Origin: Chloroflexota bacterium | GTDB lineage: Bacteria > Chloroflexota > Anaerolineae > Anaerolineales > Villigracilaceae | DNA length: 64,000 nucleotides | Assembly (NCBI GenBank): GCA_037445475.1 | Contig: JBBIKK010000008.1 | Coordinates: 397 to 64,396, forward strand | Reading direction: 5' to 3' | In this document: piece by piece, positions 37,629 through 47,869 of the stretch | Layout: each line of letters opens with the position of its first letter | Position numbering within the stretch: the first letter of the stretch is position 1 | Made by a program: the position numbers and the translations under genes | The notes under the pieces: model-generated | The model's database searches: none | Seen by the model: only the letters and a program-made list of their open reading frames with translations | What the model was told of the DNA's origin: nothing

Positions 37629-38131
37629 TCGCGGAGCCATTCACAGAAAGCCATGAGCAGAGCATGTCAGTAGGTCAGTTTATCCACGCTTACAAACAAG
37701 CCCCATGGCGCGTACAGCGCCAATGGCTGGGCATGTTTCTCCTGAGCGTGCTGGGATCGGCGATGATCGCCGCTCTGTACCTGGATGTGACCGCGCAGGC
37801 CGCGATCGAGGGCCGCGCCATTCAGAACATGAGCGCGGAAATGCTCGCCGTCCAACAAGCCAATTCCGACCTGGAATCCAAACTCGCCGAATTGACCTCC
37901 GCCCATGTGATGGAACAACGCGCCCAGGCCCTCGGCTACCAGCGCGCGGAGGCAGATCAGATCGAGTACGTGATCGTGCCGGGCTACTCCCCTCCTGTTC
38001 CGCCCATCCTGGCCTCATCTTCTACGCTAAAGCCAAGCGCACCCAGCATTCCTCCTGAATACACCCAATCTTTGCTGGAATGGCTCAATCAACGCCTGCG
38101 CGCTCCGAGCACAAAAGGGTATTCCCAATGA
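37625..38131 (+). CDS. ftsL: FtsL-like cell division protein (single TM plus coiled coil)
   Basis: Sits in the ftsL slot of the dcw cluster. One TM (WLGMFLLSVLGSAMIAALYL) followed by a coiled coil. ATGA overlaps at both ends. Confidence 0.6.
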   Translation: MIAEPFTESHEQSMSVGQFIHAYKQAPWRVQRQWLGMFLLSVLGSAMIAALYLDVTAQAAIEGRAIQNMSAEMLAVQQANSDLESKLAELTSAHVMEQRAQALGYQRAEADQIEYVIVPGYSPPVPPILASSSTLKPSAPSIPPEYTQSLLEWLNQRLRAPSTKGYSQ

Positions 38132-39873
38132 TGCGGCAGCAATACACGTGGCGCTCGCTGGTGGTTGCGATCCTGATGGGAACGGTCGGCGCATTGGTGC
38201 TCCTGCGCATCGTCCACATCCAGCACAGCCCGGAGGCGGCCCTCTTTCGCCGGCAGGCTGCCGAGTACGCCAACTTGTTGCAGACCTACTACCCGGAGCG
38301 AGGTGAAATTTACGATCGCCAGGGTCATCTGCTGGCCGGCAACAAGACCGTTTATGAAGTGGGCGTGGATCTGGAGCGAGCCATCAACAAACAAGCCATG
38401 GCCCTGACGGTCGGTGTGACCCTGGGCCTGAACCCCGACGATCTCTATCAGCAGATGATCCACCCCCCGCCCGACGTGCGTTACCTCGTCCTGGCCGACT
38501 ACGTAGAGGCCGACAAAGCCGCTGCACTGCAACAACTCAAGGAGGCTGCCGGCGCGCAAGCCTCGGCGGGCCAGACCAACAGCCTGGCCGGATTGGAGTT
38601 CAAGCCGCATCCTCAGCGAAGTTACCCCGAGGGCGCACTGGCTTCCAGTGTGCTGGGCTTCGTGAACCGGGAGGGACGTGGGTATTTTGGAGTCGAGGAA
38701 AAGTACAACCACCTCCTGGCAGGCAGCCCACTTCAGGTCTGGGTGCCGACCGATCCTACAAAGGCCGGCGACATCCCGCGCCTCCCCGGCGGAACCCGCC
38801 TGATCCTGACGCTCCACCGCGAACTCCAGGCGCAGGTGGAACAAATCCTGAGCGCGGCCCTGGCCAGGTACGGGGCCCAGAACGGCACGATCGTGGTGAT
38901 GGACCCGCGCAACGGTGAAATCCTGGCTCTGGCCTCCTCGCCTCGCATGGACCTCAATCAATTTTGGAATTACGGCAGCATCTACCACAATGCCAGCGAA
39001 TATAATCGTGCCATTTCCATGCCTTATGAACCAGGCTCCGTCATCAAAATCCTGACGATGGCCGCCGCCATCGACAGTGGCACGGTCACACCGTCCACGA
39101 CCTACCTCGATACCGGCGAATGGCTGGTCGGCGGCGTGACCATCCACAACTGGGACAATCGCGCCTGGGGCCAACAAGACATGTTGGGCTGTCTTCAACA
39201 CTCGCTCAATATTTGCGTGGCCATCCTCTCCAGCAGAATGGGCGCCCAGACCTTCTACGGCTATCTCAATCGCTTCGGTCTGGGACATCCGACCGGCATT
39301 GACCTGGCCGGCGAGGCGGCAGGTCGAGTGAAGGTGCCCGGCGACAGCGATTGGTTCCCGATCGAACTGGCCACGAACGCATACGGTCAAGGCATAGCCG
39401 TCACACCGATCCAGATGCTCATGGCCGCCTCGGCCTTTGCCAACAACGGACGCATGGTGACGCCTCACGTCCTGTATGCCATGTTGCGCGACGGCCATCA
39501 ATATAACGTTCCGCCCCAATACGCCGGCTCTCCCATCTCAGCCGAGACGGCGCAGGTGATGAATCAAATGCTCAGCGCTTCGCTCGAAAACGAATCGTCC
39601 AGCGCCCTGATTGCGGGCTATCGCATCGCCGGCAAGACGGGCACGGCTCAGATTCCGGGCGAATACGCTTCCCAGGCCACCCATGCCTCGTTCATCGGTT
39701 GGGGGCCGGTGGATGAGCCGCGCTTCATGGTGTATGTCTGGCTGGAAAGGCCCTCGGCTTCGATCTGGGGCTCGGAGACGGCCGCCCCCGTCTTCGCGCA
39801 GGTTGCTCAGGCAACTGTGCTCCTGCTCAACATCCCTCCTGATACCATCCGCCATCAACTGGCAAAACCCTGA
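38128..39873 (+). CDS. ftsI: peptidoglycan D,D-transpeptidase (class B PBP, FtsI-type)
   Basis: N-terminal TM, a dimerisation domain, and transpeptidase motifs (PGSVIK = SxxK, then AGKTGTA = KTG). Confidence 0.9.
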   Translation: MMRQQYTWRSLVVAILMGTVGALVLLRIVHIQHSPEAALFRRQAAEYANLLQTYYPERGEIYDRQGHLLAGNKTVYEVGVDLERAINKQAMALTVGVTLGLNPDDLYQQMIHPPPDVRYLVLADYVEADKAAALQQLKEAAGAQASAGQTNSLAGLEFKPHPQRSYPEGALASSVLGFVNREGRGYFGVEEKYNHLLAGSPLQVWVPTDPTKAGDIPRLPGGTRLILTLHRELQAQVEQILSAALARYGAQNGTIVVMDPRNGEILALASSPRMDLNQFWNYGSIYHNASEYNRAISMPYEPGSVIKILTMAAAIDSGTVTPSTTYLDTGEWLVGGVTIHNWDNRAWGQQDMLGCLQHSLNICVAILSSRMGAQTFYGYLNRFGLGHPTGIDLAGEAAGRVKVPGDSDWFPIELATNAYGQGIAVTPIQMLMAASAFANNGRMVTPHVLYAMLRDGHQYNVPPQYAGSPISAETAQVMNQMLSASLENESSSALIAGYRIAGKTGTAQIPGEYASQATHASFIGWGPVDEPRFMVYVWLERPSASIWGSETAAPVFAQVAQATVLLLNIPPDTIRHQLAKP

Positions 39874-39875
39874 TC

Positions 39876-41297
39876 ATGCTGACGCTCGCCGACGTAATCG
39901 AGGCTCTGACGCATATCCGCCCCTCCGGCGCGCTGGTCATCACCGAAGCGGCGATCGACTCGCGGCAGGTCATTCCCGGCGCCCTGTTTGTGGCCCTGGT
40001 GGGCGAACACGCCGATGGCCATGACTTCCTGGCCGAAGCCTTTCAGCGCGGCGCCTGCGCGGCCCTGATCCAGCGCGACCCCGGCAGTACGTATCGCACC
40101 CTCGACCTGCGCGGCGGACCATTGGTCGATTCTCTCTCCGATCTGCAGCCGCCCGTCTGCCTGCGCGTCGAGAACACCCTGGCAGCCCTGCAACAGGTAG
40201 CACGCTTCTGGCGCCGCAAATTGAATCTGCGCGTCATCGGCATCACCGGCAGCGTGGGCAAATCCACGACCAAGGAGGTTGTGGCGCAGGTGTTGAGCGA
40301 GCGTTACCACACCCTCAAGAATCCGGGCAACCTCAACAATGAAATCGGCCTGCCGTTGACGATGCTGCGCCTCGGCCCTGGCTATGAGCGCGCCGTGCTG
40401 GAAATGGGCTTTTATGTCCCCGGCGAGATCGCCTTTCTGTGCGACATGGCCCTGCCTCAGGTCGGCGTCGTGACGAATGTGGGCACAGTGCATGCCGAGC
40501 GCGCCGGCTCCCAGGAGGCGATCGCGCGCGGCAAATCGGAACTGGTCCAGGCCCTGCCTCCGGCGCCAGAGGGCGTGGCCGTGCTCAACTTCGATGATCC
40601 ATGGGTGCGCAAAATGGAAGAGAAGACCAAAGCGCGCGTCTTCTTCTATGGCCTCTCTCCCGAAGCCCACCTGTGGGCCGACGGCGTGGAAGGTCTCGGC
40701 CTGTCTGGCATTCGCTTCCGTCTGCACTATGAGGGTGAAAGCCTGCACGTGCACGTTCCGATGCTCGGACGCCACTCGGTAGAAACCGCCTTGCGGGCCG
40801 CAGCGGTGGGGTTGATCGAAGGGCTCAGCTGGCAGGAAATCATCCAGGGCCTGCAACACGGCCACACGCAGTTGCGCCTGGTTGCCGTGCGCTCCGAGAT
40901 CGGCGCCCTGTTGCTGGACGACACATACAATGCCTCGCCCGAATCCATGCTGGCCGCGCTCAACTTGTTGGCCGAACTGGAAGGGCAGCGCAAGATCGCG
41001 GTCCTGGGCGATATGCTCGAACTCGGGCCCTACGAGCAACGCGGGCACGAGATGGTCGGCCTGCGCGCCGCCCAGGTCGCGGATGTGCTCCTGACGCTTG
41101 GTCCACGCGCCCACCTCTACGCCCGCGCCGCCCGCCGCGCCGGCCTGCCGGCCGCGCACATTTTCGAATTCGAAGAGAGTGCTCCCTTGATTGAATGGTT
41201 GCAGAAGAACCTGGGGCCGCAAGACACGGTGCTCCTCAAAGGTTCGCACGGGTTGCGCATGGATCGCATCGTCGCCGCCCTGGAGGCACACCGATGA
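39876..41297 (+). CDS. murF: UDP-N-acetylmuramoyl-tripeptide--D-alanyl-D-alanine ligase
   Basis: IDSRQVIPGALFVALVGEHADGHDF and the P-loop GITGSVGKSTTKE. Mur ligase layout. Confidence 0.9.
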   Translation: MLTLADVIEALTHIRPSGALVITEAAIDSRQVIPGALFVALVGEHADGHDFLAEAFQRGACAALIQRDPGSTYRTLDLRGGPLVDSLSDLQPPVCLRVENTLAALQQVARFWRRKLNLRVIGITGSVGKSTTKEVVAQVLSERYHTLKNPGNLNNEIGLPLTMLRLGPGYERAVLEMGFYVPGEIAFLCDMALPQVGVVTNVGTVHAERAGSQEAIARGKSELVQALPPAPEGVAVLNFDDPWVRKMEEKTKARVFFYGLSPEAHLWADGVEGLGLSGIRFRLHYEGESLHVHVPMLGRHSVETALRAAAVGLIEGLSWQEIIQGLQHGHTQLRLVAVRSEIGALLLDDTYNASPESMLAALNLLAELEGQRKIAVLGDMLELGPYEQRGHEMVGLRAAQVADVLLTLGPRAHLYARAARRAGLPAAHIFEFEESAPLIEWLQKNLGPQDTVLLKGSHGLRMDRIVAALEAHR

Positions 41298-42292
41298 AAC
41301 AGGCGGCTCTCTCATTGAGCCTGGCGGGGCTGGCCTTCATCATGACGGTGATCTGGGGCGGACCGTTCCTGCGGGTGCTGCGCCACTTCAGAATCGGCAA
41401 GATCATTCGCCTCGAGGAGCCCACGCATCACGTGGTCAAGATGGGCACGCCCACCATGGGCGGCACGATGTTCATCCTGCCGGTGCTGCTGCTGACCGGC
41501 CTGCTCAACGCGGTGGCACTGATCGGCTTCCCCCAAAGCGGGCTGGGGCGCTCGGTGCTCCTGCCGATGATGGTCATGGTCTGCTTTGCCATCCTGGGCG
41601 CCGTGGACGACTGGCAGGGCCTGCGCGGCAGGCACAAAGGCGAAGGCATGCGCCCGCGCACCAAGTTCCTCTTTCAAGTCCTTCTGGGGCTGATCACCGC
41701 CTGGGCCCTGAAATACCTGCTGGGCGTCCCTGACATGTTCGTGCCCGGCATCAAGGGCTTCTTTCCGCTCGGTAGCTGGTACGTGCCCATCGCCGCGTTC
41801 ATCATCGTCAGCATGTCCAATGCCGTCAACTTCACCGACGGGCTGGACGGCCTGGCCGGCCTGATCGCGGCCACCGCCTTCGCGGCCTATGGCATAATTG
41901 CCCTCAATCAGCATCAGGTCTATCTGGCCCGCTTCTGCTTCACCCTGGTCGGGGCGCTGTTCGGCTTCCTGTGGTTCAACGTCCATCCGGCTCAACTGAT
42001 CATGGGCGATACCGGTTCGCTCTCCCTGGGCGCAACCTTAGCCGTCGTCGCCCTCATGACCAGCCAATGGGTCATCCTGCCTGTGATTGCCATTATCCCC
42101 TTCGGCGAAATCCTGAGCGTGGTGATTCAGATTCTGTACTTCAAACTCACCAAAGGCAAGCGCTTCTTCAAGATGGCGCCCGTCCACCTGCATTTTGAAT
42201 TGCTCGGTTGGAGCGAAACGCAGGTGGTGCAGCGTTTCTGGCTCATCAGTCTGATGGCCTCTATGATCGGCATCGGCCTGGCCCTGGTGTAG
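41294..42292 (+). CDS. mraY: phospho-N-acetylmuramoyl-pentapeptide transferase
   Basis: GTPTMGG, NAVNFTDGLDGLA, HPAQLIMGDTGSLSLG, APVHLHFE. The ATG overlaps the murF stop. Confidence 0.95.
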   Translation: MKQAALSLSLAGLAFIMTVIWGGPFLRVLRHFRIGKIIRLEEPTHHVVKMGTPTMGGTMFILPVLLLTGLLNAVALIGFPQSGLGRSVLLPMMVMVCFAILGAVDDWQGLRGRHKGEGMRPRTKFLFQVLLGLITAWALKYLLGVPDMFVPGIKGFFPLGSWYVPIAAFIIVSMSNAVNFTDGLDGLAGLIAATAFAAYGIIALNQHQVYLARFCFTLVGALFGFLWFNVHPAQLIMGDTGSLSLGATLAVVALMTSQWVILPVIAIIPFGEILSVVIQILYFKLTKGKRFFKMAPVHLHFELLGWSETQVVQRFWLISLMASMIGIGLALV

Positions 42293-42295
42293 ACG

Positions 42296-43702
42296 ATGAA
42301 GGACTGGAAGGATAGACGCGTGGTCATCCTGGGTGCTGCCCGACAGGGCGTGGCTCTGGCGCGCTGGCTGGCCCGCCACGGAGCCCGCGTGACCTTGAGC
42401 GACAAACGCAGTCAGGCAGAGCTTGGCGCGGCGCGCCGAAGCCTGAACGGGCTGCCCATCCAATGGGTCTTGGAAGGCCACCCACTGGAACTGCTCGAGC
42501 AGGCCGACCTCCTGTGCCTTTCGGGCGGCGTGCCCACCACCTTGCCCGTCGTGCAGGAGGCCATGCAGCGCGGCATTCCGCTTTCCAACGATACCCAGAT
42601 TTTCCTGGAAGCCGCGCCTTGCCGCACCATCGGCATCACCGGTTCAGCCGGGAAGACAACCACCACGAGCCTGGTCGGAGAGATGGCGCGCGCAGCCTAC
42701 AGGGACGGAGCACGCTTCGCCTCTCAACCGCGCGCCCCCATGGTGTACGTGGGCGGCAACATCGGCGACCCGCTCATCAACTATGTGGACGAAATGCAGC
42801 CCGGCGATGTGGCCATCCTCGAGATCTCGTCCTTTCAGTTGGAACAAATGACGCTCTCTCCCAACGTGGCTGCCATCCTGAACATCACGCCCAACCACCT
42901 GGATCGACACGGCAGCCTGGAAGCCTACACAGCCGCCAAGGCGCGCATTCTCGCATTCCAGAGCGAGGGCGATGCTGCCATCCTCAACCGCGATCAGGCC
43001 ATCACCTGGGACCTGCGCCGCCGCGTGCGAGGCGCTCTGTATGCGTTCGGGCTCCAGGCCACAGAGGAAGGCGAAGGCACCTATTATCAGGATGGCATTC
43101 TGTACCTGCGCCAGGGCGGCGTGGACGTTCCCCTCCTGCGCCGCGAGCAGATCCCTCTGCGGGGCGAGCACAACGTGATGAACGTTCTGGCTGCTTTCTC
43201 AATCGGCCAGGCGGCCGGCTTCCCGCTCGATGCCATGCTGATCGCCGCTGAAGGGTTTCGCGGCCTGCCCCATCGGTTGGAGCTTGTGCGCGAGGTACAC
43301 GGCGTGCGCTGGTATAACGATTCGATTGCCACTGCCCCAGAACGAACCATGGCCGCCATCCGTTCATTTGAAGAGTCGATTGTGTTGCTGCTGGGCGGAC
43401 GCGATAAAAACTTGCCCTGGGAAGAGCTGGTCGAGCTCATTCGCCAGCGCGTCGACCACGTGATTCTGTTCGGGGAGGCCGCCGAGAAGATCGAACCGCT
43501 CCTGCACGGCGCTCCAACAGGCGGACGCCCATACACGCTCGAGCGCACCGATCATCTGCGCCAGGCCGTGTTCAAGGCCGCCGAAGTGGCCCAGGCCGGC
43601 GATGTGGTCTTGTTCTCGCCCGGCGGCACCAGCTTCGATGAGTTTCGAGATTTCGAGGAGCGAGGAGAAAACTTCAGGCTATGGGTGCAACAACTTTCGT
43701 AA
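42296..43702 (+). CDS. murD: UDP-N-acetylmuramoylalanine--D-glutamate ligase
   Basis: VVILGAARQGVALARWL and GITGSAGKTTTTS. Position in the cluster fits. Confidence 0.9.
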   Translation: MKDWKDRRVVILGAARQGVALARWLARHGARVTLSDKRSQAELGAARRSLNGLPIQWVLEGHPLELLEQADLLCLSGGVPTTLPVVQEAMQRGIPLSNDTQIFLEAAPCRTIGITGSAGKTTTTSLVGEMARAAYRDGARFASQPRAPMVYVGGNIGDPLINYVDEMQPGDVAILEISSFQLEQMTLSPNVAAILNITPNHLDRHGSLEAYTAAKARILAFQSEGDAAILNRDQAITWDLRRRVRGALYAFGLQATEEGEGTYYQDGILYLRQGGVDVPLLRREQIPLRGEHNVMNVLAAFSIGQAAGFPLDAMLIAAEGFRGLPHRLELVREVHGVRWYNDSIATAPERTMAAIRSFEESIVLLLGGRDKNLPWEELVELIRQRVDHVILFGEAAEKIEPLLHGAPTGGRPYTLERTDHLRQAVFKAAEVAQAGDVVLFSPGGTSFDEFRDFEERGENFRLWVQQLS

Positions 43703-44922
43703 GCCCAGGGGCAGCCCCCAACACACGGCGCAGCGTGGACCTGCCGTTCGTGGCGGTGCTCCTCACGCTGCTCATCTTCGGACTGGTGATGCTGTTCTCG
43801 GCCTCGTGGGACTATTCACTCCAGCTGTACAACTCCCCGATCCGCATGTTCGAACGCCAGTTGCTCTGGCTTGGACTGGGGGCGGTGCTGGCCTATGGGC
43901 TCTCGCGGCTGGACTATCACCGCTGGCACAAGTGGGTTGTTCCGGCCATGGGCCTGACCATCGTGCTTCTGGTGAGCGTCCTCCTAGTCAATGAAATCCG
44001 CCTGGGCGCCAAGCGCTCGCTATATCAGGGCTCCTATCAGCCCTCCGAACTGGCCAAACTGGTCTCCATCATTTATCTATCGGTGTGGATGTATTCCAAG
44101 CGGAACGTGCTCCACGATACCTCGTTTGGGTTGATCCCGCTCAGTCTCATCCTGGGGCTGATCGGCGGCCTGATCTATCAACAACCCGATCTGAGTGCCG
44201 CGGGCACGGTCTTTTTCATGGGCGGTCTGCTCTTCTTCCTGGCCGGCGGGGATTGGAAACAGATCCTCCTCCTGCTGGTGGGCGCGTTGGCTTTTGGCTG
44301 GCTGGTGGTGCAGATCAACCCCACCGGTCATCAGCGCGTGAACGATTTCATCGCCGGGCTCAAAGACCCCACCCAGGCTTCTTACCATCTCCGGCGCTCA
44401 CTCGAGGCAATGGTCACCGGAGGATGGTTCGGCGTGGGCATTGGCCGCGCGGCCTCGAAGCTCACCGGCCTGCCCTTCCCCCCCACCGATAGCATCTTTG
44501 CCGTCATCGTCGAGGAACTGGGCTGGTTGGGTGCGCTAATCACGCTCGGTTTATATGCCGCCCTGGTCTGGCGCGGCCTGGTGATTGCCCGCCGCGCCCC
44601 CGATATGCTGGGCACATTGCTGGCGAGCGGCCTGGTGCTGTGGATCGGCATCGAGGCCCTGATCAACATCAGCGTCATGGTGGGCATCCTGCCTTTCGCA
44701 GGCAATCCCCTGCCCTTCATCAGCGCCGGCGGCTCGAATCTGGTTGCCTCGCTGGCCGCCATGGGCATCCTGATGAACATCTCGCGTCAGCGCGGCACCC
44801 CCATCCCGGAAGACGAAGAATGGAGGCCATATCATGCGACTGTTGATCTGCGCGGGTGGCACCGGCGGAGGCGTGTACCCCGCCCTCGCCGTGCTCGAGG
44901 CGCTGGAGAAATTGAAACATGA
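43681..44922 (+). CDS. ftsW: SEDS-family peptidoglycan polymerase FtsW
   Basis: ~10 TM with motifs QPSELAKL, LPFPPTDSIFAVIVEELG and LPFISAGGSN. The start is uncertain. The C-terminal Arg-rich tail overlaps murG by 89 nt. Confidence 0.85.
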   Translation: MGATTFVSPGAAPNTRRSVDLPFVAVLLTLLIFGLVMLFSASWDYSLQLYNSPIRMFERQLLWLGLGAVLAYGLSRLDYHRWHKWVVPAMGLTIVLLVSVLLVNEIRLGAKRSLYQGSYQPSELAKLVSIIYLSVWMYSKRNVLHDTSFGLIPLSLILGLIGGLIYQQPDLSAAGTVFFMGGLLFFLAGGDWKQILLLLVGALAFGWLVVQINPTGHQRVNDFIAGLKDPTQASYHLRRSLEAMVTGGWFGVGIGRAASKLTGLPFPPTDSIFAVIVEELGWLGALITLGLYAALVWRGLVIARRAPDMLGTLLASGLVLWIGIEALINISVMVGILPFAGNPLPFISAGGSNLVASLAAMGILMNISRQRGTPIPEDEEWRPYHATVDLRGWHRRRRVPRPRRARGAGEIET

Positions 44923-45946
44923 GAGCCCACACCGTGCTTCTGAGTGGCAACTCTTATGGGTGGGCGGCCAGGGCGGCATGGAGGAGGAACTGGTGAGACG
45001 CGCCGGCGTTCCCTTCGCTTCCATCCCTGCCGCCGGCCTGCACGGCGTCGGTCTGCACCTCCTGCCGCGCAACCTCATTCAACTGGGCCGTGGCATCGTT
45101 GCCGCGCGCAGGATTCTGAGGCGCTTCCGGCCGCAGGTGCTGTTCCTGACCGGGGGATACGTGGCCGGGCCGCTGGCCCTGGCCGGGCGAGGCATCCCCA
45201 CCTTGCTGTATGTGCCGGATATCGAACCGGGCCTGGCGCTCAAGAGCCTGGCGCGTTTCGCAGATTGCATCAGCGTGACCGCAGAGGATTCGCAGAGGTA
45301 CTTCTCTCGCAAAGTGATCGTGAGCGGCTACCCTCTGCGCTCCAACCTGATGACGTGGACTCGTCCGAAGGGACGCCAGGCGCTGCAGCTCGACGAGCAC
45401 GCAGCGGTGCTGCTGATCTTCGGCGGGAGCAAAGGGGCGCGCTCCCTCAATCAGACGGTCCTCGCCCAGCTGCCGGCTCTGCTCGAGATGGCCCAGGTGG
45501 TGCACATCAGCGGTCACCTCGACTGGGAGAGCGTGGCCGGTGCCAGGGAGGCTCTGAGCCCGGCGCTGCGGGGGCGCTATCATGCCTTCCCCTACCTGCA
45601 CGAGGAGATGGGCGCGGCCCTGGCCTCCGCAGACCTGGTCGTGGCGCGGGCCGGCGCCTCGGCCCTGGGCGAATTCCCGTTCTTCGGCTTGCCAGCCGTG
45701 CTCGTCCCCTATCCCCACGCGTGGCGCTACCAGAAAGTCAACGCCGACTATCTCGCCCAGCGCGGCGCGGCCGTCATCGTGAAGGATGAATTCCTGAGGC
45801 AGGAGTTGTTGCCCGTCGTGAGGGACCTGCTGCGGAACGCCTCCAAACGCGACGCCATGCGTCAGGCGATGCGCGCCCTGGCACGTCCGCAGGCCGCCCG
45901 ACAGATCGCAGAGCAACTCCTGGCCCTGGGAGAGACAGGCCTATGA
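44834..45946 (+). CDS. murG: undecaprenyldiphospho-muramoylpentapeptide beta-N-acetylglucosaminyltransferase
   Basis: MRLLICAGGTGGGVYPALAV... and ARAGASALGEF. GGAGG SD upstream. Confidence 0.9.
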   Translation: MRLLICAGGTGGGVYPALAVLEALEKLKHESPHRASEWQLLWVGGQGGMEEELVRRAGVPFASIPAAGLHGVGLHLLPRNLIQLGRGIVAARRILRRFRPQVLFLTGGYVAGPLALAGRGIPTLLYVPDIEPGLALKSLARFADCISVTAEDSQRYFSRKVIVSGYPLRSNLMTWTRPKGRQALQLDEHAAVLLIFGGSKGARSLNQTVLAQLPALLEMAQVVHISGHLDWESVAGAREALSPALRGRYHAFPYLHEEMGAALASADLVVARAGASALGEFPFFGLPAVLVPYPHAWRYQKVNADYLAQRGAAVIVKDEFLRQELLPVVRDLLRNASKRDAMRQAMRALARPQAARQIAEQLLALGETGL

Positions 45947-46470
45947 TGAGCCTTTTGTACGTCTTCTGGATGTACGTCTTCGTCTTCGGCTGGATCGGGA
46001 TGATGCGCGGCTGGGCCAGAGAACTGCTCGTCTCGTTCAGCGTGGTGGTGGCCCTGACGCTCAACTTTCTGCTCAAAGCATACATCCCCATTGTCAAAGG
46101 GCTGCCCGATGAGAGCACCGAGCTGTTCTGGATCCGCACGCTCGTCTTGCTGGCGCTGGTGTACTTCGGCTACCAGACGGTCTCCCTCGTGCCCCATCTG
46201 GCCCCCAAGGCCAAACGCGAACATCTGCAGGATGCCCTCTTTGGAATCTTCCTGGGTGCCTTCAACGGCTACCTGATCATTGGCTCGCTCCTGTTCTACC
46301 TCGATCAGGCAAAGTACCCCTATCCCAACATCGTGGCCCCGCCGGGCGGCGAGCTGAGCACCAGCATTCAAAACATGATGGTCTACATGCCGCCGCGTTT
46401 GCTGGGCGTGCCAGGCATCTACTTTGCCCTGATCCTGTGCTTCATTTTCGTGCTCGTCGTCTACATCTAG
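45943..46470 (+). CDS. CvpA-family membrane protein inserted in the dcw cluster
   Basis: Four TM. N-terminal GWIGMMRGWARELLVSFSVVVAL resembles the CvpA G-x-x-RG-x-x-RE motif. ATGA overlap with murG. Confidence 0.6.
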   Translation: MMSLLYVFWMYVFVFGWIGMMRGWARELLVSFSVVVALTLNFLLKAYIPIVKGLPDESTELFWIRTLVLLALVYFGYQTVSLVPHLAPKAKREHLQDALFGIFLGAFNGYLIIGSLLFYLDQAKYPYPNIVAPPGGELSTSIQNMMVYMPPRLLGVPGIYFALILCFIFVLVVYI

Positions 46471-46488
46471 CGGCTCAAGAGAATCGGG

Positions 46489-47868
46489 ATGACTCACGTA
46501 CACCTCATCGGCATCGGCGGCAGCGGGCTTTCTGCCATCGCTCACCTTCTGAAGGAGAGCGGTTATACCGTCAGCGGCTCGGATCGCAGCCTGACGCCCC
46601 TGGCGGCCCGCCTCCAGGCCGAGGGCGTGACGATCTACGTCGGCCATCACCCGCGCCACATCCAGGGCGCGGACTGGGTGGTGCGCTCATCAGCCGTGCC
46701 CGAGGACAACCCGGAGGTGCTCGCCGCGCGCCAGGCCGGCATCCCCGTCTACAAGCGCGCCGATCTCCTGAGCCGACTCATGGAAGGCAAGTTCGGAATC
46801 GCCGTGGCCGGCACACACGGCAAGACGACCACCACCGCCATGATCGCCTTTCTGCTCTCCGAACTGGGGCGCGCGCCCTCCTTCATCGTGGGCGGAGTGA
46901 TGAAGAACTACAACGTGAATGCCCGCGCCGGCCGGGGTCGCTTCTTCGTCATCGAGGCCGATGAGTACGATCGCACCTTCCTCGGCCTGCGGCCGCGCCT
47001 GGAGGTCATCACCAACGTCGAACACGATCATCCCGATTGCTATCCAACCTATGGGGAGATGCTGGCTGCGTTCGAGGCGTTTGTCGGGCTGCTCCCACCG
47101 GATGGCGTGCTGATTGCCTGTGCCGAGGACGCCGGCGCAGCCGCTCTGCTCAATCGCGCCCGGCGCGCCGGGCGCCAGGTGGTGGCCTACGGCATCCAGG
47201 GCGAGATGACCATCAACGCTCCCCAGTGGATCCAAGGGCGCGCCCTCCAGCCCAATGCGCGCGGCGGCTTTGACTTCCACCTCCTCACCAACGTAGGGGA
47301 GGTGGAGGCAGTGGCCGTCGGCCTGCAGGTGCCGGGCGAGCACAATGTGCGCAACGCTCTGGCAGCGCTGGCCACCACCATGATGCTGGGCCTGCCTCTC
47401 GAAGAGGCTGCCTCAGCACTGGAAAGATTCAACGGCACCGCCCGCCGCTTCGAGGTCAAGGGCGAGCGCAAGGGCGTGATCGTGATTGATGATTATGCCC
47501 ATCACCCCAGCGAAATCCGCGCCACGCTGGCAGCGGCGCGGGCACGCTACCCCCAACATCGCCTGTGGGCCGTGTGGCAGCCTCACACCTACTCGCGCAC
47601 CCAGGCGCTCTTCCACGAATTTCGGCACGCCTTCCAGGACGCCCAGGAGGTCATCGTCACCGAAGTATATGCCGCGCGCGAGGTCCAACAGGCCTTCTCG
47701 GCCGCCGAGGTGGTGCGCGGCATGCCCCATCCTTCGGTGCGCTTCATTGCCTCGCTGGAGGAGGCAACCCGTTATCTACTCAAACATCTGCGCCGCAACG
47801 ACGTGCTGCTCGTGCTCTCCGCCGGCGATGCGGATCGAATCAGCGCCGAGGTGCTGGCTCAACTCTGA
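46489..47868 (+). CDS. murC: UDP-N-acetylmuramate--L-alanine ligase
   Basis: VHLIGIGGSGLSAIA, AVAGTHGKTTTTAM, DDYAHHPSEI. Confidence 0.9.
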   Translation: MTHVHLIGIGGSGLSAIAHLLKESGYTVSGSDRSLTPLAARLQAEGVTIYVGHHPRHIQGADWVVRSSAVPEDNPEVLAARQAGIPVYKRADLLSRLMEGKFGIAVAGTHGKTTTTAMIAFLLSELGRAPSFIVGGVMKNYNVNARAGRGRFFVIEADEYDRTFLGLRPRLEVITNVEHDHPDCYPTYGEMLAAFEAFVGLLPPDGVLIACAEDAGAAALLNRARRAGRQVVAYGIQGEMTINAPQWIQGRALQPNARGGFDFHLLTNVGEVEAVAVGLQVPGEHNVRNALAALATTMMLGLPLEEAASALERFNGTARRFEVKGERKGVIVIDDYAHHPSEIRATLAAARARYPQHRLWAVWQPHTYSRTQALFHEFRHAFQDAQEVIVTEVYAAREVQQAFSAAEVVRGMPHPSVRFIASLEEATRYLLKHLRRNDVLLVLSAGDADRISAEVLAQL

Positions 47869-47869
47869 C

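Noticed and set aside
38089-41315. 476-aa and 486-aa minus-strand ORFs (38089..39519 and 39855..41315)
   Set aside because: They are antisense to ftsI and murF. No motifs are present, and the composition (His/Gln/Gly/Ala/Arg-rich) is typical of reverse-frame artefacts.
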